Positions 28,207 to 38,705 of a stretch of DNA of 64,000 bases are shown in pieces. The notes beneath the pieces were generated by a model. The model did no database searches and was not told the origin of the DNA. It saw only the letters and a program-made list of their open reading frames with translations. A program made the translations under genes and the position numbers. The DNA comes from SAR202 cluster bacterium (lineage in GTDB: Bacteria; Chloroflexota; Dehalococcoidia; Lucifugimonadales; GCA-2712585): positions 66,314 through 130,313 of the forward strand of contig VGZZ01000002.1 in NCBI GenBank assembly GCA_016872285.1. Direction: 5' to 3'. Position 1 is the first letter of the stretch; each line of letters opens with the position of its first letter.

Positions 28207-28387
28207 GGCGAACCCCCTGGGGTGGATTTATCGGGAGGTGTAAAACGCTGCAAGGATATACCGCGATACTGACAAAAGCAAAAGCGCAACGTCTAAAAAA
28301 GTGGATGGGCAGGAAGCTAGAGGTGTGAAGCAAGTTGAAAGGGTATCGTATACTCTTGGTCTGGCAGACTTTACTGTAACGAGAAAC

Positions 28388-29236
28388 GTGACACTTAGGA
28401 CACTACTGCCGCTAGCGGCGCTTATCGTGGGCTTAGCATGCTCTTTCGAAGGCACGCCACAAGCACAGACACCGGACACTTCTCTAATCAAAGCTACATG
28501 CGCTCCCACGTCGCGCTCCTCTTGCGACTTGATGGTGTTCGCAGCGTCTTCGCTTACCGAGGCATTTACTGAGATTAAAGACGCCTTCGAAAAGGTCCAC
28601 CTCGGATATGCCGTAACCTACAATTTCGCGGGAACGCCGACGCTGCGCACGCAAATCGAGCAAGGAGCCAGGGCGGACGTTTTCGCCTCGGCAAACGAGC
28701 AACAGATGGAGGCGGCTATTCGGTTCGGCGTCATCGAGGGCGAGCCGGTGCTGTTCGCGTCTAACCGGCTGGTGGTGGTGACGCCGAAGGGGAGCGATGT
28801 GGTTGCCAGCCTTCAAGACCTGGCTAGGCCGGGGGTAAAGCTGGTGCTGGCGCTGAGAGATGTGCCGGTGGGCGGGTACGCGCGAGAGGCCATCGCAGAG
28901 ATGGGGGCGTCGGGGCGGTTTGGGGAAGGGTTCGAAGGGAGGGCGCTGGGGAACCTGGTGTCGGAGGAGGTGAATGTGCGGCAGGCGTTGTCGAAAGTGG
29001 CACTGGGCGAAGCGGACGCCAGCATTGTATATGCCACCGACGTCACGCCGGAGATTCGGTCAAGGGTGGACGCGATAGATATACCAGACTCCTATAACGT
29101 CATTGCCCTTTACCCTATGGCGGCAGTGAAGGGAGCGGCCCATAAGACTGCCGCTGAGCTTTTCATCGACTTTGTTCTCTCGGCGGAGGGCCAGAGTATT
29201 CTGTCCAAGCATGGGTTTGGCGGGGCGCTATCATGA
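28388..29236 (+). CDS. modA: Molybdate ABC transporter substrate-binding lipoprotein
   Basis: ORF 28301-29236. A GTG at 28388 gives the signal/lipobox sequence TLRTLLPLAALIVGLAC. The body is ModA-like (VFAASSLTEAF..FAGTPTL..DVFASAN). The start is uncertain. Confidence 0.88.
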   Translation: MTLRTLLPLAALIVGLACSFEGTPQAQTPDTSLIKATCAPTSRSSCDLMVFAASSLTEAFTEIKDAFEKVHLGYAVTYNFAGTPTLRTQIEQGARADVFASANEQQMEAAIRFGVIEGEPVLFASNRLVVVTPKGSDVVASLQDLARPGVKLVLALRDVPVGGYAREAIAEMGASGRFGEGFEGRALGNLVSEEVNVRQALSKVALGEADASIVYATDVTPEIRSRVDAIDIPDSYNVIALYPMAAVKGAAHKTAAELFIDFVLSAEGQSILSKHGFGGALS

Positions 29237-30057
29237 CGAACGGCGTCGCGGGCAGGCTGCGGGTTATGAACCCCTTGCTGGTCTTGGGCGGACTGGTGAT
29301 GGCGCTGTACCTGGCGTTTATCGGACTACCGATCGTGTCGCTGATTGTGGAGGCTGTGGGCGAGGAGAACTTTCTGGATAGTTTCACCAGCACTATCGCT
29401 TACCAGTCTTTGAGGCTCTCGCTAATTACCACGGCTATAAGCCTGGCGATAATCGTGGTCTTGGGCACGCCCTTTGCTTACCTTCTGGCCCGCAGCCGGC
29501 ACTGGACGCTGCGAGTGGTAGACAGCCTGGTGGAACTGCCAATAGTGCTGCCGCCAGTGGTAGCAGGGCTAGCTATGCTCATGGCCTTTGGTCGTCGAGG
29601 GTTGCTGGGGCCGGGGCTGGAGGACATAGGCGTGACTATTTCTTTCAGCACGGTGGCGGTGCTTTTCGCCCAGATATTCGTGTCAGCGCCTTTTTACATA
29701 CGAGCGGCCAAGATAGGGTTTGAGGGGGTAGAGAGGGACTACGAGGACGTGTCGCAGACGCTGGGGGTATCGCCGTGGCGGACCTTCTGGCGGTTGACGC
29801 TGCCGATGGCGTGGCCGGTGCTGGCGGGGGGCGCGGTGCTGGCCTGGGCGCGGGCGTTGTCCGAATTCGGGGCTACTATTATGTTTGCCGGCAACTTCAT
29901 CGGCGAGACCCAGACCATGCCGCTGGCTATCCTGAGCGCCATGGAGAGCAACATCCCAGCGGCGCTGGCCCTGGCGGTGATGCTGACGGTTATCTCGGCG
30001 GTGTTCCTACTGGGACTGCGGCTGGTCTATCGCGCGCCGATGTGGGGGCGGCGATGA
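29233..30057 (+). CDS. modB: Molybdate ABC transporter permease
   Basis: 274 aa with about 5-6 TM segments and an EAA-like loop (YEDVSQTLGVSPWRTFWRLTLP). It overlaps modA by ATGA. Confidence 0.92.
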   Translation: MTNGVAGRLRVMNPLLVLGGLVMALYLAFIGLPIVSLIVEAVGEENFLDSFTSTIAYQSLRLSLITTAISLAIIVVLGTPFAYLLARSRHWTLRVVDSLVELPIVLPPVVAGLAMLMAFGRRGLLGPGLEDIGVTISFSTVAVLFAQIFVSAPFYIRAAKIGFEGVERDYEDVSQTLGVSPWRTFWRLTLPMAWPVLAGGAVLAWARALSEFGATIMFAGNFIGETQTMPLAILSAMESNIPAALALAVMLTVISAVFLLGLRLVYRAPMWGRR

Positions 30058-31127
30058 TTCGAGGGTGGATACGGCATAACGCTGGCGGCTTCAGCCTGGA
30101 AAGCCGGTTGGAGGCGGCTGCGGGGTCCATACTAGTGCTGTTCGGAGCGTCCGGGTCGGGAAAGAGCTTGACGCTTAAGGCCATCGCCGGGCTGATAAGG
30201 CCTCGTGAGGGGCGAATCGAGATTGGGGAGAGAGTTGTGCTTGACCATGAGCGGGGCGTTTGGCTGCCAGCACACCTCCGGAGGGTTGGATACGTGCCGC
30301 AGGACTACCAATTATTTCCTCACCTGGATGTGGCAGGAAACATTGCGTACGGGCTGAACGGGAAGAAGGCAGCGGAGGGGAAGGAACGAGTGGGAGAACT
30401 TGTGCAGCAGTTCGAGATGCAGGGAATGGAGAGGAGGCGGGTGTGGGAGCTGTCCGGGGGGCAGAGGCAGCGGGTGGCAGTGGCGCGAGCGCTGGCGTCG
30501 ACACCGGCGGCGTTGCTATTGGACGAGCCTTTCGCAGCGCTGGACACCGAGCTGCGACGGAGCCTGCGTACGGAGCTCAGGGATGTCCTCAGAGCGGCCG
30601 GCGTGCCGGTGGTCCTGGTCACACATGATAAAGAGGAGGCGCTGGCGATGGGGGACGCTGTAGTAGTGATGGACAATGGGAGGGTATCAGCACAAGGCGA
30701 ACCGGTAGAGGTATTGGGGCATCCGACTCAGAGCAGGGTGGCGCGGCTGACAGGCGTGGAGAACCTCATCGAGATGACGGTGGAGGAAACCCACTCCATG
30801 GAGGGGACCATGACCTGCGCCAGGGGTGTGTTCAGGCTGGAAGCGCCGCTGTCGGATGCGAGGTGGGGACAGAAGGTTACCCTGGGCATCAGGGCGTCGG
30901 ACATTATACTAGCGTCGGAGGAGCCGAAGGGCCTGTCGGCGAGAAACCGGCTGCCTGGGAGGGTGGTATCGGTGGAGGCGCATGGGGCTGGGTACGAGGT
31001 GACGCTGGACTGCGGCGCGCCGCTGCGATGCCATGTGACCCAGGGGGCCATAAGGGAGCTGGGTATAAAGCCCGGGGCGCAGTTATGGGCGGTCATAAAG
31101 GCATCATCTATATTCCTGGTAGGGTAG
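30054..31127 (+). CDS. modC: Molybdate ABC transporter ATP-binding protein with C-terminal TOBE/Mop domain
   Basis: The ATG at 30054 overlaps the modB stop. It has Walker A GASGSGKS, the signature LSGGQRQRVAVARAL and Walker B LLLDEPF. The C-terminal ~120 aa are TOBE-like. The long upstream ORF extension from 29775 is a shadow. Confidence 0.92.
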   Translation: MIRGWIRHNAGGFSLESRLEAAAGSILVLFGASGSGKSLTLKAIAGLIRPREGRIEIGERVVLDHERGVWLPAHLRRVGYVPQDYQLFPHLDVAGNIAYGLNGKKAAEGKERVGELVQQFEMQGMERRRVWELSGGQRQRVAVARALASTPAALLLDEPFAALDTELRRSLRTELRDVLRAAGVPVVLVTHDKEEALAMGDAVVVMDNGRVSAQGEPVEVLGHPTQSRVARLTGVENLIEMTVEETHSMEGTMTCARGVFRLEAPLSDARWGQKVTLGIRASDIILASEEPKGLSARNRLPGRVVSVEAHGAGYEVTLDCGAPLRCHVTQGAIRELGIKPGAQLWAVIKASSIFLVG

Positions 31128-31237
31128 GTAGAGCGGGTATGAGGCGTGTGGACGATAATCACACGTCAGCGTATTATGGCTGACGGCCATGAAATTGGAT
31201 TCCACAATCCCATTATCGCAATCTGAAGGAGGACGCG

Positions 31238-32530
31238 GTGGCGTCCTCTAGTCCTTCAAGCACACCTCAGCCGACGCCAAAGCCTGGTCCTATTGCACGA
31301 CTGCTGGTCTCATTCCACATAGCGGACTATCGCCGCCTGTGGACTTACAACGTGCTGGCTTCCATAGGCATGAGCATGGAGATGCTGGCGCAGGGGTGGC
31401 TGGTGCTGGAGATCACAGATTCGGCCTTCTGGGTGGGAGCGGTTACGGGGATACGCGGCATTGGACAGATTGGCTTTGGACCGCTGGGCGGGGTGGTGGC
31501 GGACCGGTTCGACCGGCGGCGGGTGCTGCAAGGGGTACAGACAACTCGCGCTCTGATGCTCTTCGCCATAGGCCTACTGGTGGCCCTGGACAGCATTGAG
31601 CTGTGGCACTTGCTGGCGGTGGCGGTAATCGAGGGGCTGCTTCACGCGACGGTGCTGCCGTCCAACGGGACGCTGCTGTTCGACATTGTCGGGCGGCAGA
31701 GGCTGCTCAATGCTGTCGCCAGCCAGTACATGGCCTTCAATATCGCCAAGCTGGTGGGGTCGGTGGTTGTGGGAGTACTCATCGACACCATAGGCCTCCA
31801 CGTCGCGTATTTTGTCATCGCGGGGGCATACGGCTGCAGCCCTATATCGCTGTCGTTCATCAAGACCAAGGCTTCAGGCGTCCGCTCGCGACAGTCCATG
31901 CTCGCCAATTTGCAAGCGGGCCTGCAATATGTGGGCGGACACAAGACTATCCGACGGATTCTGGGATTCTCGGTCCTTATCGAGGGTTTCGGGTTTGCGC
32001 ATCAGACCATGCTGCCGGTGGTAGCGCGGGATGTCCTGGATGTAGGTGGTGTGGGGCTGGGATTCCTGTCGGCGGCAGGGGGTGTGGGGGCGCTGGTAGG
32101 GGCGGTGTTCATGGGGAGCCTGGGGGACTTCCGGGCCAAAGGGCTGATTTTGCTGGTCTTCAGCGCCGTGGTGGGCGTAAGCCTCATCCTCTTTGGGCTG
32201 TCGCCGTGGTACGCGACGTCGCTAATCCTGGCGGGGCTGATACAGACCAGCCTGGTGGCCTACGATTCGACATTGAACGTCACTCTCCAGCTTATGTCCG
32301 ACGATGCCATGCGTGGGCGGGTGCTGGGGCTGGTGGGGTTCATATACGGGTTCACGCCGGTGGGCGGGTTTATATATGGCGCACTGGCGAGCTGGTATGG
32401 CGCCCCCCTGGCCCTGGCTACGGGCGGCGGGCTTATTCTGGCGGGGTGGATCAGCGTGCTTGTCCCGACGACGGCGCTGCGCGAACCCACGGAACCTTCG
32501 GCGCCTGCGGAGGCGAAGAGTCCTGGATAG
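31238..32530 (+). CDS. MFS transporter
   Basis: 430 aa with about 12 TM segments and the motif DRFDRRRVL between TM2 and TM3. The GTG start is preceded by AAGGAGG. Confidence 0.9.
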   Translation: MASSSPSSTPQPTPKPGPIARLLVSFHIADYRRLWTYNVLASIGMSMEMLAQGWLVLEITDSAFWVGAVTGIRGIGQIGFGPLGGVVADRFDRRRVLQGVQTTRALMLFAIGLLVALDSIELWHLLAVAVIEGLLHATVLPSNGTLLFDIVGRQRLLNAVASQYMAFNIAKLVGSVVVGVLIDTIGLHVAYFVIAGAYGCSPISLSFIKTKASGVRSRQSMLANLQAGLQYVGGHKTIRRILGFSVLIEGFGFAHQTMLPVVARDVLDVGGVGLGFLSAAGGVGALVGAVFMGSLGDFRAKGLILLVFSAVVGVSLILFGLSPWYATSLILAGLIQTSLVAYDSTLNVTLQLMSDDAMRGRVLGLVGFIYGFTPVGGFIYGALASWYGAPLALATGGGLILAGWISVLVPTTALREPTEPSAPAEAKSPG

Positions 32531-32589
32531 GCTTAGGAAGGTGAGTGGTAATAAGCAGCCCACATACCCGAACTGCCACCTCTCTAACT

Positions 32590-32812
32590 CCCTTCTTCAA
32601 GATGGGTTGTGATAATTCTTCTGGATTGAGAGAGACGAACCGTTGGGTTTGTTGGTGGTGATATAGGTATTGTGCTTCCAGGGTTTCCCCCTCATCCTGC
32701 ACCTTCTCCTCCCTCGGGGGTACTCGGGACAGGCACAAGGGGAGAAGGAAGTTCCTGGGTGGCCGTCCGTACTGTTATCTGACACACAAACCTCAATTAT
32801 CGCCAGGCGTTA
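32590..32812 (+). repeat. Family-B repeat, copy B1 (with nested CCCTCGGGGGTACTCGGGACAGGCAC module)
   Basis: Shares cttcaagat.., CCAGGGTTTC(A/C)CCCTCATCCTGC(G/A)CCTTCTCC..GGGGAGAAGGAAGTT and CCTCAATTAT with the copies at 36340, 47085 and 61875. Confidence 0.8.
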
Positions 32813-34190
32813 GGAGTCGCCGGCGGCCATGTGGGAGGCGGCGGGTTGGGCGGCTACGCTGGCTTGGTGTGCCGCTTGCTTCTCCCATTCGGGGATAAGC
32901 ATGTGGTCGGTGCGTTCCAGGAGAAGGATGCTAATAGCCCCGCCGACGCTGGCGGCGATGGAGATAACCAGGGCCCATTCGTAGCCGCCGGTCATATCGA
33001 AGATAACGCCGCCGACCCAGCCGCCCAGGGCCATGCCAAGGCCCGCGCCCAGCATCTGGAAGCCGTAGGGGCTGCCCATGGGGGCATGGCCGTAGTATTT
33101 TCTATTGAGGATGGGGAAGCCGCCAGACTCACCGCCGTAACCGACGGCAAAGGCGACGGCGAAGAGGTAGAAGGTCCACGGGTCGTGGGACCAGAAGAGG
33201 ATAAAGACGGTCACGCCCTGGAGGAAATAGCAAGCCGACATTACCAGCCTAGGGCCGTATCGGTCGGAGAGCATGGGGGTCAGGAGGCGGGATATAACGC
33301 TGACGCCGGACATGACGGTCAGGAGGCTGGCGGCCATGACCAGGGATATACCTTCCTGAACGGCCAGGGGTATGAGATAGACCAGGATGATGGCGTGGCC
33401 GACGCAGCCGAGGAAGTGGATGGAGGACATGTTCCAGAAGGCGGCGGTCTTGCGCATGTAGCCGGCGTAGACCCTAGCGCGAACCTTGTCGGGGGTTCGG
33501 GGCGGCTCGGGAGGGTCGGTGGGCCGGGCGCCGTAGGGGAGGGCGCCGATGTCGGAAGGGCGGTCGCGGAAGAGAAGAGCAGCACCATAATCGCCATGAT
33601 GGCGCCGGACCAGGCGGCGGTGACCCAGAAAGAGTTTGCCAGCCTAGGTCGCCGATCATCCAGCCCATGAGGGGCGCGACGAGGGCCGGCCCGGCCCCCC
33701 ATCCCGCCATGACCACTCCCATACCCAGTCCCAGGTGCCGTCGGAACCAGGCCATGGAGGCAGGAATCAGCGGCACCAGGAATATGGCTTTGGCGATGCC
33801 GATGAGGAACCCGAAGGCCAAGTAGAGCTGCCACAGCTCGTTTATTATGCCGGTCAGCACCATGCCGATAACGAAGAGGATGCTGCCCAGGGCCAGGGTC
33901 CTTCGTCCGCCGTAACGATCGCCCATCCAGCCCGCCAGGGGCGACGCCAGGGCGGTGACGATGCTGGAGATGGCGTAGGCCAGGGTTATAGATCCCTGGC
34001 CCCAGCCGAAATTATCGCTGAGAGGCTGGATGAAGACGCCGAAGGCCATCTGGGTGGAGGCGCCGACCATCTGCATAACGGAGACGATGGCAACGATGAC
34101 CCAGGCGTAGTGCCAGTACACTGCCCGGTCGGTAGGCGGGTACGGGGCCGTGGCCGCGACGGCCTTATGGCCGTTGGATTTTCTGAACAT
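32810..34190 (-). pseudogene. MFS transporter (OFA/MCT-like) disrupted by two 1-nt frameshifts
   Basis: The N-terminal half is in the frame of ORF 33474-34190. About 24 codons (ANSFWVTAAWSGAIMAIMVLLF) are in the frame of ORF 33319-33834. The C-terminal half, including the upstream FRDRPSDIGALPYGARP, is in the frame of ORF 32810-33457. The shifts are near 33640 and 33574. Confidence 0.75.
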
Positions 34191-34230
34191 AGGTGGCTTT
34201 GCACGGGGAGTGGGGTGTTGGTCTCATTCG

Positions 34231-34367
34231 AGGCCACCATCCCCTAGCCCCTTCCTCTTCGGGAAGGGAAGAGAAAATAAGGAACCACAACCCCCTCCTT
34301 CGGCATACTCAGGACGGCGTCTAACTCCCCCTTCGCCTTTCAGGCCGAAGGGGGAGAACAAGATGGG
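34231..34367 (+). repeat. Family-A repeat, copy A3
   Basis: aggccaccatcccctagCCCCTTCCtcttcGGGAAGGGaagagaaaataaggaaccacaaccccctccttcggcatactcaggacggcgtctaacTCCCCCTTCGCCtttcagGCCGAAGGGGGAgaacaagatggg. Confidence 0.85.
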
Positions 34368-34500
34368 AGCAGGCCCAAGGGCCCCCGTCGAGATGTTACG
34401 CCTCATATCTGCTTCCGGACCAGGGGTACACCGAGTTTTCGTGTAAAGCTAACATAGGCGATAAAAAAGCCGCCTGCCGGCGGCGGGTCGTTAGTTATGT

Positions 34501-34767
34501 CTAGTGGACAGGACATACGAAAAGGGCAGCCTCCTCCCACCAGGCCTTTTCCGCCTCGGCGTTGTTGACAGCAATGCCACCGGTCTCCATGGTAATAGAG
34601 GGGTTGAACCGGACCTGACGCCCCTCGACGCTGTTCTGGGCGGCCCAACCGCCGAAGAAGATTACCAACGATAGGGTAATAATCAGCACGGTCACGAATT
34701 GCAGGGGCAAGCCTAGAATTCGGATAGGCTTTTGGGTTCCCCGGGTGATTTGGTGTTGGGTGGACAT
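34501..34767 (-). CDS. Hypothetical small single-pass membrane protein
   Basis: 88-96 aa ORF with one hydrophobic helix (LPLQFVTVLIITLSLVIFFGGW). The start is ambiguous (ATG at 34767 or GTG at 34791). Confidence 0.35.
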   Translation of the reverse strand: MSTQHQITRGTQKPIRILGLPLQFVTVLIITLSLVIFFGGWAAQNSVEGRQVRFNPSITMETGGIAVNNAEAEKAWWEEAALFVCPVH

Positions 34768-34910
34768 GGCGGCCTGAGATTCATCATACACTTGGCCCTA
34801 CCTTGCATCAAGGACATCTTGTCACTATCTAATCGCTCAAAATAGAGCTTCTTGACACTCCAAAGGCGTCTGCCTATCATCAGGCCAGAGCTACCCCAGG
34901 AGGCACACCT

Positions 34911-36329
34911 ATGGCCGGCAAAGACATCGCGCTGATGGCGCATCTGATGCGGCGGGCGGGATTTGGAGCGACGCGGGAGGAGCTGGAGCGGCGGGTGGCC
35001 GCGGGGTACGAGGCCACGGTGGAGGAGCTGGTGGACCCGGAGGGCCACGGCATTGCCCACGCCGACGAGGACGTACTCTATCGACACCACCCGGCGTCGG
35101 AGAACGCGGGGGGCAACCCGCTGAACGGCCAGTTGGACTGGACGTGGCGGCTGATAACATCGCCGAGGCCGCTGGAAGAAAAGATGGCGCTGTTCTGGCA
35201 CTGCGTCTTCGCCACGGGCAACGCTAAAGTCGACCACTGCGCGGTGGTTATGGCGCAGATAGAGATGTTTAGAAAGCACGGGATGGGGAGCTATAAAGAC
35301 CTGTTGGTCAGACTGGCCAAAGACCCGGCCATGATCTTCTGGCTTGATAACCTGCAAAACCACAAGGGCGCGCCCAATGAGAACTGGGGTAGGGAACTGC
35401 TGGAGCTGTTCTCCATGGGCCAGGGGAACTACACAGAGAAAGATGTGAAGGAAGCCTCCCGCGCCTTCACCGGCTGGACCATCCAGCCCAGCCTGCCTCG
35501 AATGCCCTACCAGCGCTTTCCGTGGATTTTCGAGTATAAGGCCGACGACCACGACGATGAGGAGAAGATGTTCCTTGGGCACAAGGGCAACTTCAACGGC
35601 GAAGACATCATCGACATCATCTGCAAACAGCCGGCCACAGCGCGGTTCGTGGCGCGTCATATGTACAACTTCTTCGTCGCAGACGAGGTGCAGGTGCCGT
35701 CATGGCTGGACGTGCCTCCCAAGGATTCGGTGGCTATCAATATCCTGGCGTCGACGCTTATGGACACCAACTGGGATATCAGACAGACGCTGCGGGTGCT
35801 TTTCAACTCGGACTTCTTCAAGGACGAGAAGGTGTGGTTCAGCAAGGTCAAAAGTCCCGCCGAACTGGTGACCGGCGTTATGCGGTTCGTGGGGGACTAC
35901 CGGTTCCCCGGGCCGGGCATCGGCGAGATTGGACAGGAGCCCAGGTATCAGGGGCAGGCGCTGCTGGACCCGCCCAGCGTGGAGGGGTGGCATACGGGGG
36001 CGGAGTGGATCGACAGCGGCGCGCTGGTGCGACGGGTGAACTTCGCGGCCAACTGGCTTGGCAAGACCGACCTGCCGGGGGTGAAGTCGATAGTCGATAG
36101 GCTGGAGACCCGGCACAGCCTGACGGCGGAGGAGCTGGTGGACGGATGCCTGGAGCTTTTAGGGCCGCTGACGTTAGAAGCGACGACGCGGCAGGAGCTT
36201 ATCGATCATGTGAAGCAGGGGGGCACGATCAGGCGGGGCGCGACGGAGAAGGCGAGGGCGGCTTTTGCGTCTAGGGTGGGTGAGCTGTTGCAGCTTATCG
36301 CGGCGACGCGGGAGTACCAGTTCTGCTAA
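34911..36329 (+). CDS. DUF1800 family protein
   Basis: 472 aa. The blocks MALFWHCVFATG, PAMIFWLDN, NENWGRELLELFSMG and FTGWT are characteristic of DUF1800. Confidence 0.85.
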   Translation: MAGKDIALMAHLMRRAGFGATREELERRVAAGYEATVEELVDPEGHGIAHADEDVLYRHHPASENAGGNPLNGQLDWTWRLITSPRPLEEKMALFWHCVFATGNAKVDHCAVVMAQIEMFRKHGMGSYKDLLVRLAKDPAMIFWLDNLQNHKGAPNENWGRELLELFSMGQGNYTEKDVKEASRAFTGWTIQPSLPRMPYQRFPWIFEYKADDHDDEEKMFLGHKGNFNGEDIIDIICKQPATARFVARHMYNFFVADEVQVPSWLDVPPKDSVAINILASTLMDTNWDIRQTLRVLFNSDFFKDEKVWFSKVKSPAELVTGVMRFVGDYRFPGPGIGEIGQEPRYQGQALLDPPSVEGWHTGAEWIDSGALVRRVNFAANWLGKTDLPGVKSIVDRLETRHSLTAEELVDGCLELLGPLTLEATTRQELIDHVKQGGTIRRGATEKARAAFASRVGELLQLIAATREYQFC

Positions 36330-36339
36330 GTTGGTCCTC

Positions 36340-36536
36340 TAACTAAGGCTTCTCCTTCGTGAGAGGAAGGGATAAACGCAGCATGGAAGGTCGGCATTGA
36401 TAAAGCATCGTAGCTCCAGGGTTTCACCCCTCAACCTGCGCCTTCTCCCACAAGGGGAGAAGGAAGTTTCTTTGTGGCCGGCAGCACTTTTATCCTGGGC
36501 GTAAACCTCAATTAACACCAGCCATTCAAGGTAGGG
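36340..36536 (+). repeat. Family-B repeat, copy B2
   Basis: ..cattgataaagcatcgtagctCCAGGGTTTCACCCCTCAACCTGCGCCTTCTCCCacaaGGGGAGAAGGAAGTTtc..aaaCCTCAATTAACACcagCCATTCAAGGtaggg. Confidence 0.85.
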
Positions 36537-36558
36537 ATACACAAAGGGAAGGTTAACA

Positions 36559-37578
36559 ATGCAGACTATATTGTCTAAGGGCCGGGTTTTTAACTACTCG
36601 CACTGTGTAGGGAACAACGCAGTGTCGGAGACGGGGTTTCACTATCCGAATGGGATTGTAAGAGGGCCGGGGAATGTTGTCTACGTGCTGAACCAGCCGG
36701 ACGAGTTGCAGCCGGTGCCGCATGTCAGCGTAGCGGACGTGGGCAACGACTGGCACCAGGAGGAATGGATTAAGGACTTCGGCGACCTTGGAGAAGGCAA
36801 CGGCAACTTTGTGTGGCCCGCGGGCATTGCGCGAGACGGTGATGGGAATATCTACGTTTCCGATCAGTGGCTGCATCGCGTCAGCGTTTTCGACAAGGAT
36901 GGCAAGTTCCTCCACAAGTTCGGGGCTAAGGGGTCAGGGAAGGGACAGTTAAATGGGCCGACGGGCCTGGCGGTGGACAGCCGGGGGAACGTATACGTGT
37001 CGGAGTATGACAACCATCGGATACAGAAGCTGACCAAAGAAGGGAAGCACATCGCGATGTGGGGCGGCTTGGGGGAGGAGCACGGGCAGTTCCGGCACCC
37101 GTGGGGCGTCGCGACGGACAAGGACGACAATGTGTACGTCGCCGACTGGCGCAACGACCGGGTCGAGAAATTCACTTCGGACGGGCGGTATTTGATGACC
37201 TTTGGGACGGTAGGGAGCGGGAAGGGGCAGTACCAGCGGCCCAGCGCGGTGGCGGTGGACAAGGATGGCGACGTGTATATCTGCGACTGGTGGAACCACA
37301 AGGTGGAGGTCTTCGACGCCAAGGGCGGGTATGTGACGACGTTTGTGGGCGACGCGGAGAGGCTGTCCAAGTGGGGCGAGGCGCGGGTGAAGTCGAACCC
37401 GGACGCGGTGAAGGCGCGGATGCGGATGAAGACGTTGGAGATGGAGTGGCGGTTCAATCGTCCGACGGCGATAGCCACGGGGGATGACGGGCGGATTATG
37501 GTGGTGGAGACTCAGAGGATGCGGGTGCAGATTTACAAGAAGGAGCAGAACTGGACGGAGCCGCAGTTCAACCTGTAG
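36559..37578 (+). CDS. NHL-repeat six-bladed beta-propeller protein
   Basis: 339 aa with six repeats of the G(Q/N)(F/L)xxPxG(I/V)AxDxxGN(I/V)YV(S/A)D type. Confidence 0.9.
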   Translation: MQTILSKGRVFNYSHCVGNNAVSETGFHYPNGIVRGPGNVVYVLNQPDELQPVPHVSVADVGNDWHQEEWIKDFGDLGEGNGNFVWPAGIARDGDGNIYVSDQWLHRVSVFDKDGKFLHKFGAKGSGKGQLNGPTGLAVDSRGNVYVSEYDNHRIQKLTKEGKHIAMWGGLGEEHGQFRHPWGVATDKDDNVYVADWRNDRVEKFTSDGRYLMTFGTVGSGKGQYQRPSAVAVDKDGDVYICDWWNHKVEVFDAKGGYVTTFVGDAERLSKWGEARVKSNPDAVKARMRMKTLEMEWRFNRPTAIATGDDGRIMVVETQRMRVQIYKKEQNWTEPQFNL

Positions 37579-37589
37579 CAGCACTGTCT

Positions 37590-38609
37590 ATGCCTCTGCC
37601 CGATTCCGCCTATCTTCAGTTCACCGACGACCTTAGCATCTGCCGGGTGCTGAACGGGATGTGGCAGGTGTCGGGCGCTCATGGCCCCATCAACCCCAAA
37701 GCTGCGCTGGATGCTATGGAGCGGCACCATGACGCCGGATTCACTACCTGGGACCTGGCCGACCACTACGGCCCCGCCGAAGACTTCATCGGTCAGTTCA
37801 GGCGCAGGCTGGCGGCATCGCGGGGTGAAGAGGTGTTGGCTGACATTCAAGCGTTCACCAAGTGGGTGCCGCCGCCGGGGCCGATGATCCGGCAGGTGGT
37901 GGAGAAAGCCGTGGGGGTGTCGCTGCGGAGGATGGGCACGCCGAGGCTGGACCTGCTGCAGTTCCACTGGTGGGAGTATGACGACCATCGGTATCTGGAT
38001 GCGCTGGCGCGGCTAGCTGACCTGGCGAGTGAGGGCAAGATACGGCATCTGGGGCTGACTAACTTTGATACAGAGCATCTGGAGATCATCACCGCCAAGG
38101 GCATCAGTATAGTGTCCAATCAGGTGCAGTATTCGCTGATAGACCGTCGTCCAGAGGTGAGGATGGCGGCCTTTTGCCGAGAGAGGGGAGTCCAGCTTCT
38201 AGCCTATGGGACGCTTTGCGGCGGGCTGCTGTCGGAGAGGTACTTGGGGAGGCCGGAGCCGTCTCGATGGGAGTTGGATACGGTGAGCCTGCAGAAGTAC
38301 AAGCAGATGGTGGACGTTTGGGGAGGGTGGACGCTCTTTCAGCAGCTTCTATCGGTGTTGAAGCAGGTGGCGGGGAAGTACAGGGTGAGCATCGCCAACG
38401 TGGCGGTGCGGTGGGTGCTAGACAGGCCCGCCGTGGTGGGGGCGATGGTGGGGGCGAGGCTGGGGCTTAGCGACAACCTGTCGGACAACTCCAGGGTTTT
38501 CGGGTTTGGGCTGGATGGGGAGGACAGGGAGCGGATTGAGGATGTGATTTCGCAGTCCAAGGACTTGTACGGGCTTATTGGGGATTGTGGGGATGAGTAC
38601 CGGCGGTAG
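37590..38609 (+). CDS. Aldo/keto reductase
   Basis: 339 aa. The blocks TWDLADHYG, GKIRHLGLTNF and QVQYSLIDRRPE are typical of the AKR family. Confidence 0.92.
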   Translation: MPLPDSAYLQFTDDLSICRVLNGMWQVSGAHGPINPKAALDAMERHHDAGFTTWDLADHYGPAEDFIGQFRRRLAASRGEEVLADIQAFTKWVPPPGPMIRQVVEKAVGVSLRRMGTPRLDLLQFHWWEYDDHRYLDALARLADLASEGKIRHLGLTNFDTEHLEIITAKGISIVSNQVQYSLIDRRPEVRMAAFCRERGVQLLAYGTLCGGLLSERYLGRPEPSRWELDTVSLQKYKQMVDVWGGWTLFQQLLSVLKQVAGKYRVSIANVAVRWVLDRPAVVGAMVGARLGLSDNLSDNSRVFGFGLDGEDRERIEDVISQSKDLYGLIGDCGDEYRR

Positions 38610-38705
38610 GGTTTAAGCGTAGAATTCCCTACCATACCCTGCCAGATCGCCCCTGTATTTTCCCTGTCAAGATGCTTAATGCAGATAAGGTACCTCGCCA
38701 TAAGT

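Noticed and set aside
28207-28387. Moco riboswitch or ModE operator upstream of modA.
   Set aside because: I could not find the conserved Moco-motif blocks (for example the CCUCCGAG-type core) or a convincing ModE-type inverted TATAT/ATATA pair. This is only a by-eye check.
33560-33660. Programmed ribosomal frameshifting in the MFS gene.
   Set aside because: It would need two separate shifts in the same direction within about 24 codons. There is no slippery heptamer or downstream structure. Pseudogenisation or sequence error is far more economical.
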